A stretch of DNA of 63,933 nucleotides, counting the filler, from Eremomyces bilateralis CBS 781.70 (lineage: Eukaryota), in the NCBI GenBank assembly GCA_010015585.1. It is 6 parts of 6 records of this genome, joined end to end, with 100 filler letters (N's around TTAATTAATTAA, not from the genome) between each part and the next. Parts side by side here need not be neighbours in the genome. Positions count along the whole stretch, not along the records: positions 58,960 to 63,933 come from ML975222.1; 5 more parts are not named here. One strand, written 5' to 3'. Position 1 is the stretch's first letter, and each line of letters begins with the position of its first letter. The notes under the pieces were generated by a model. That model was not told where the DNA came from and made no database searches. It was given only the letters and a program-made list of their open reading frames with translations. The position numbers and the translations under genes are program-made. This document shows positions 61,542-63,933 of this stretch, piece after piece.

Positions 61542-63933
61542 TCCTGCCATAGCTGCTACTCTGGTTTCTAATTCTACTTATTCTAGCCCTTATAATGAGC
61601 TTTATACTGTAGAGTACCTTTCTTCCCGGAGGTCTTATCTTTATTCTTCTTATTGAACCTACAGTTAACGATCCTCGTAACTTCCTAATTCTCCTCCCCT
61701 TCTTCGTCTAACTTAGCGGGAGCGGGAGGTATATTTTGACCGGGGAGAGGTATCCCGTCGTCGAGGTACAGGAGCTAAGGGTAGAAAACCGGGTAGACGT
61801 TCTTAATAGATAAAGGCAGCTCGAGCTCGTAGGCCATGTCGTGAATGGCGCGGATCACTTTGAAAGGTCCAATATGCTTTAGGTCCAACCCTTTCGATGG
61901 TCGGGATAACTTTAGGAAGCGAGTATCGAGGTATACGTGATCGCTAACTTGAAATCGTGGTACGGGTAAGCGATGTCGGTCGGCTTACTCTTTCTGTAGC
62001 GCTTAAGCCTAGGCCATTTATTCGCGAGCTAGCTTTTGTATATCTCCTAATCGCCTGACCATGGTTATAGTATCTCTTACTTCTTTGTTCCTAGGCTCAG
62101 TATCGCTTATCGGAGGTTTAAAGCTAGCTCGGGGTATATAACCTTTGGTCAACTTAAACGGAGTTATATTAGTGCTTATATTCTTGCTAGAATTCGATTC
62201 AAACTCGGCGATAGGAAGTAGTATAGCCTAGTTATCTTGCTTGTAGTTAATAAACGCTCGAAGGAACTGCTTGAGAGCAGCGTTGGCAATCTCGGTCTAC
62301 CTATCAGTCTCTGGGTGATAAGCGGTAGATAGTTTCGGCTTATCCCCGTACGATCGTACAATGCTTTCTAGGACTTTGAAACAAACTATCGACCTCTATC
62401 TAAGACGATTGTTCGTAGAAAACCGACCTCTCTCTATACGTATTCGAGGAAGGTCGTAGCTACTTCGGGCGCGGTGATCTCGCTTATCGGGATAAACCGT
62501 TTCTTTTTTGACAGGCGATCGACGATGACCATAATTGACGTGTACTTCCGTCCGAAATATTGACTTGGTAGGAGGTAAGTAATAAAATCTATTGATAAGT
62601 CGGTCTAGAACCGTTTAGGAACTGGGAGTGAATACAGGAGTCCGTTTTTTCTATCTCTTCGTATATTAACTATATAGCAGTCCTTGTATGCGCGGACAAA
62701 CTATGTCACTATCTTCGTTATACCGGGCCAGTAGTACTAATGTGCCAATTTGTCGTAGGTGGCATGTTTTCCTCTATGCCCTCCAGGCAAAGAGTTATAA
62801 ACCATCTTAATAATGTCTATTCGGAGGGGAACGTTGTTAGGGACGTAGGGGCGGTCAGCGACCTTTAGAACTCCCTCGGGAGAGACGGTATATTTGGCAA
62901 TGTTAAGGCGAATATGGTATCGATGTATCAAGTGGTAAGGGATGATTCGGTCCTTTCGTTCTACTATAGTAATAATGTCTTAGATAATTTGATCTTCCTT
63001 CGAAAGAGTTATAATACGTTCCTATACTTCCTATGTATCTAGGAGCTTAGTATCTCCTAAAATAAACTCTCGAGTGTCTACTGTTAGGTCGTCGGCGGTT
63101 AGTCTTAGTCCTAACGGCTCCGGTTCAGGTACTAGTTCGGCGGATGGTTTTAGGGTGTCTGCTTCCGGGACTTCCGTTTCGAGCACATCGGTTAGTACTC
63201 CTATGATCTCCTTTATAGAGTATGTCAACGTATTAGTGACTATATAAGCCAGTCGGATTAAGGATTTCGGGTCTTAGCGTATTCGCGGATTAAGACGGTG
63301 AGGTTCGAGAATACATTGTTCTTACTGTTTGATTCTAGGGTCGTCGAAACTCTCTAGGAGATCTCTAGGGCGCCTCGTAAGCGCGTCAGGTTTAGTACTT
63401 TGCTTTCCTGGTCGATAATTAATAACGAATTTAAACTATAATAGAAACTCTGCCTAGCGAGCTTAACGCCTATTAAGTTTCTTCGTCGTTATGAAGTATT
63501 CGAGGTTCTTATAATCTGAAATCACTTAGATCGGGTGTTTTACCTTATTACCTAATAGTTCGATATACTATTCTTTAAAGGCCTTAATGATGGCCAAAAG
63601 TTCCTTATCGTAGATATCGTAATTAGTCTCTATAGGAGTCATCTTTCTTAAAAGAAAAGCCGTTAGTCTAAGTATCCCGTCCTCCCCTTTCTGAGACAGG
63701 ACAGCGGCGGTGACGAAGTCAGAAGCATCCGTTTCTAGCCATGATTGCTTATTAGGGTCGAAATAAGCAAGGATAGGGGCGGTTTTAAACGCGGTTTTTA
63801 GCCACTGGAAAGCCCGGTCCTCCGGGCTGCCTGATTGCCAGGGAAATGGGTAGTCCCTCTGGTCCTTGCGCGTCAGAGCTGTAAGCGGAGCTGCAATCGA
63901 GCCAAAGCCCTTGATAAACCGTCGATAGAAATT
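61542..63933 (-). mobile_element. Heavily RIP-mutated Gypsy pol remnant (RNase H, integrase, chromodomain)
   Basis: LETDASDF, YDIYDKELLAII, IDFITYLL, LSTAYHPETD and IGPFKVI, with many TAA/TAG stops and a visible excess of TpA. Confidence 0.88.

Overview
This is fungal (Pezizomycotina-like) genomic DNA, very rich in transposons. It is a concatenation of six unplaced contigs joined by artificial 100-nt N/TTAATTAATTAA spacers at 14869, 27956, 38538, 48826 and 58860, so adjacency across those spacers means nothing. It holds nested Copia, Gypsy/chromovirus, Tad1-like LINE, MULE, pogo/Fot1 and hAT elements and many solo LTRs, ranging from intact to heavily RIP-mutated. The few host genes are a GPI-anchored Pro/Gly/Ser/Thr-rich surface protein, an ankyrin-repeat protein, a GH27 alpha-galactosidase, a PNP_UDP-NACHT-ANK NLR and a disrupted SLATT-like 2TM gene. 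The standout is a ~7.0-kb TIR-bounded hAT transposon (38638-45676). Besides an intact 4-exon, 909-aa transposase, it carries an intact 3-exon divergent histone H3 gene with some CenH3-like features and no K4/K9 tail motifs. It also carries a divergently transcribed 4-exon, 421-aa gene of unknown function. A private TGTGGTAGTCA motif recurs in 7 of the 8 coding-region introns and in the spacers, suggesting the cargo is an integral, co-evolved part of the element. All gene models were spliced by hand and no database searches were run.
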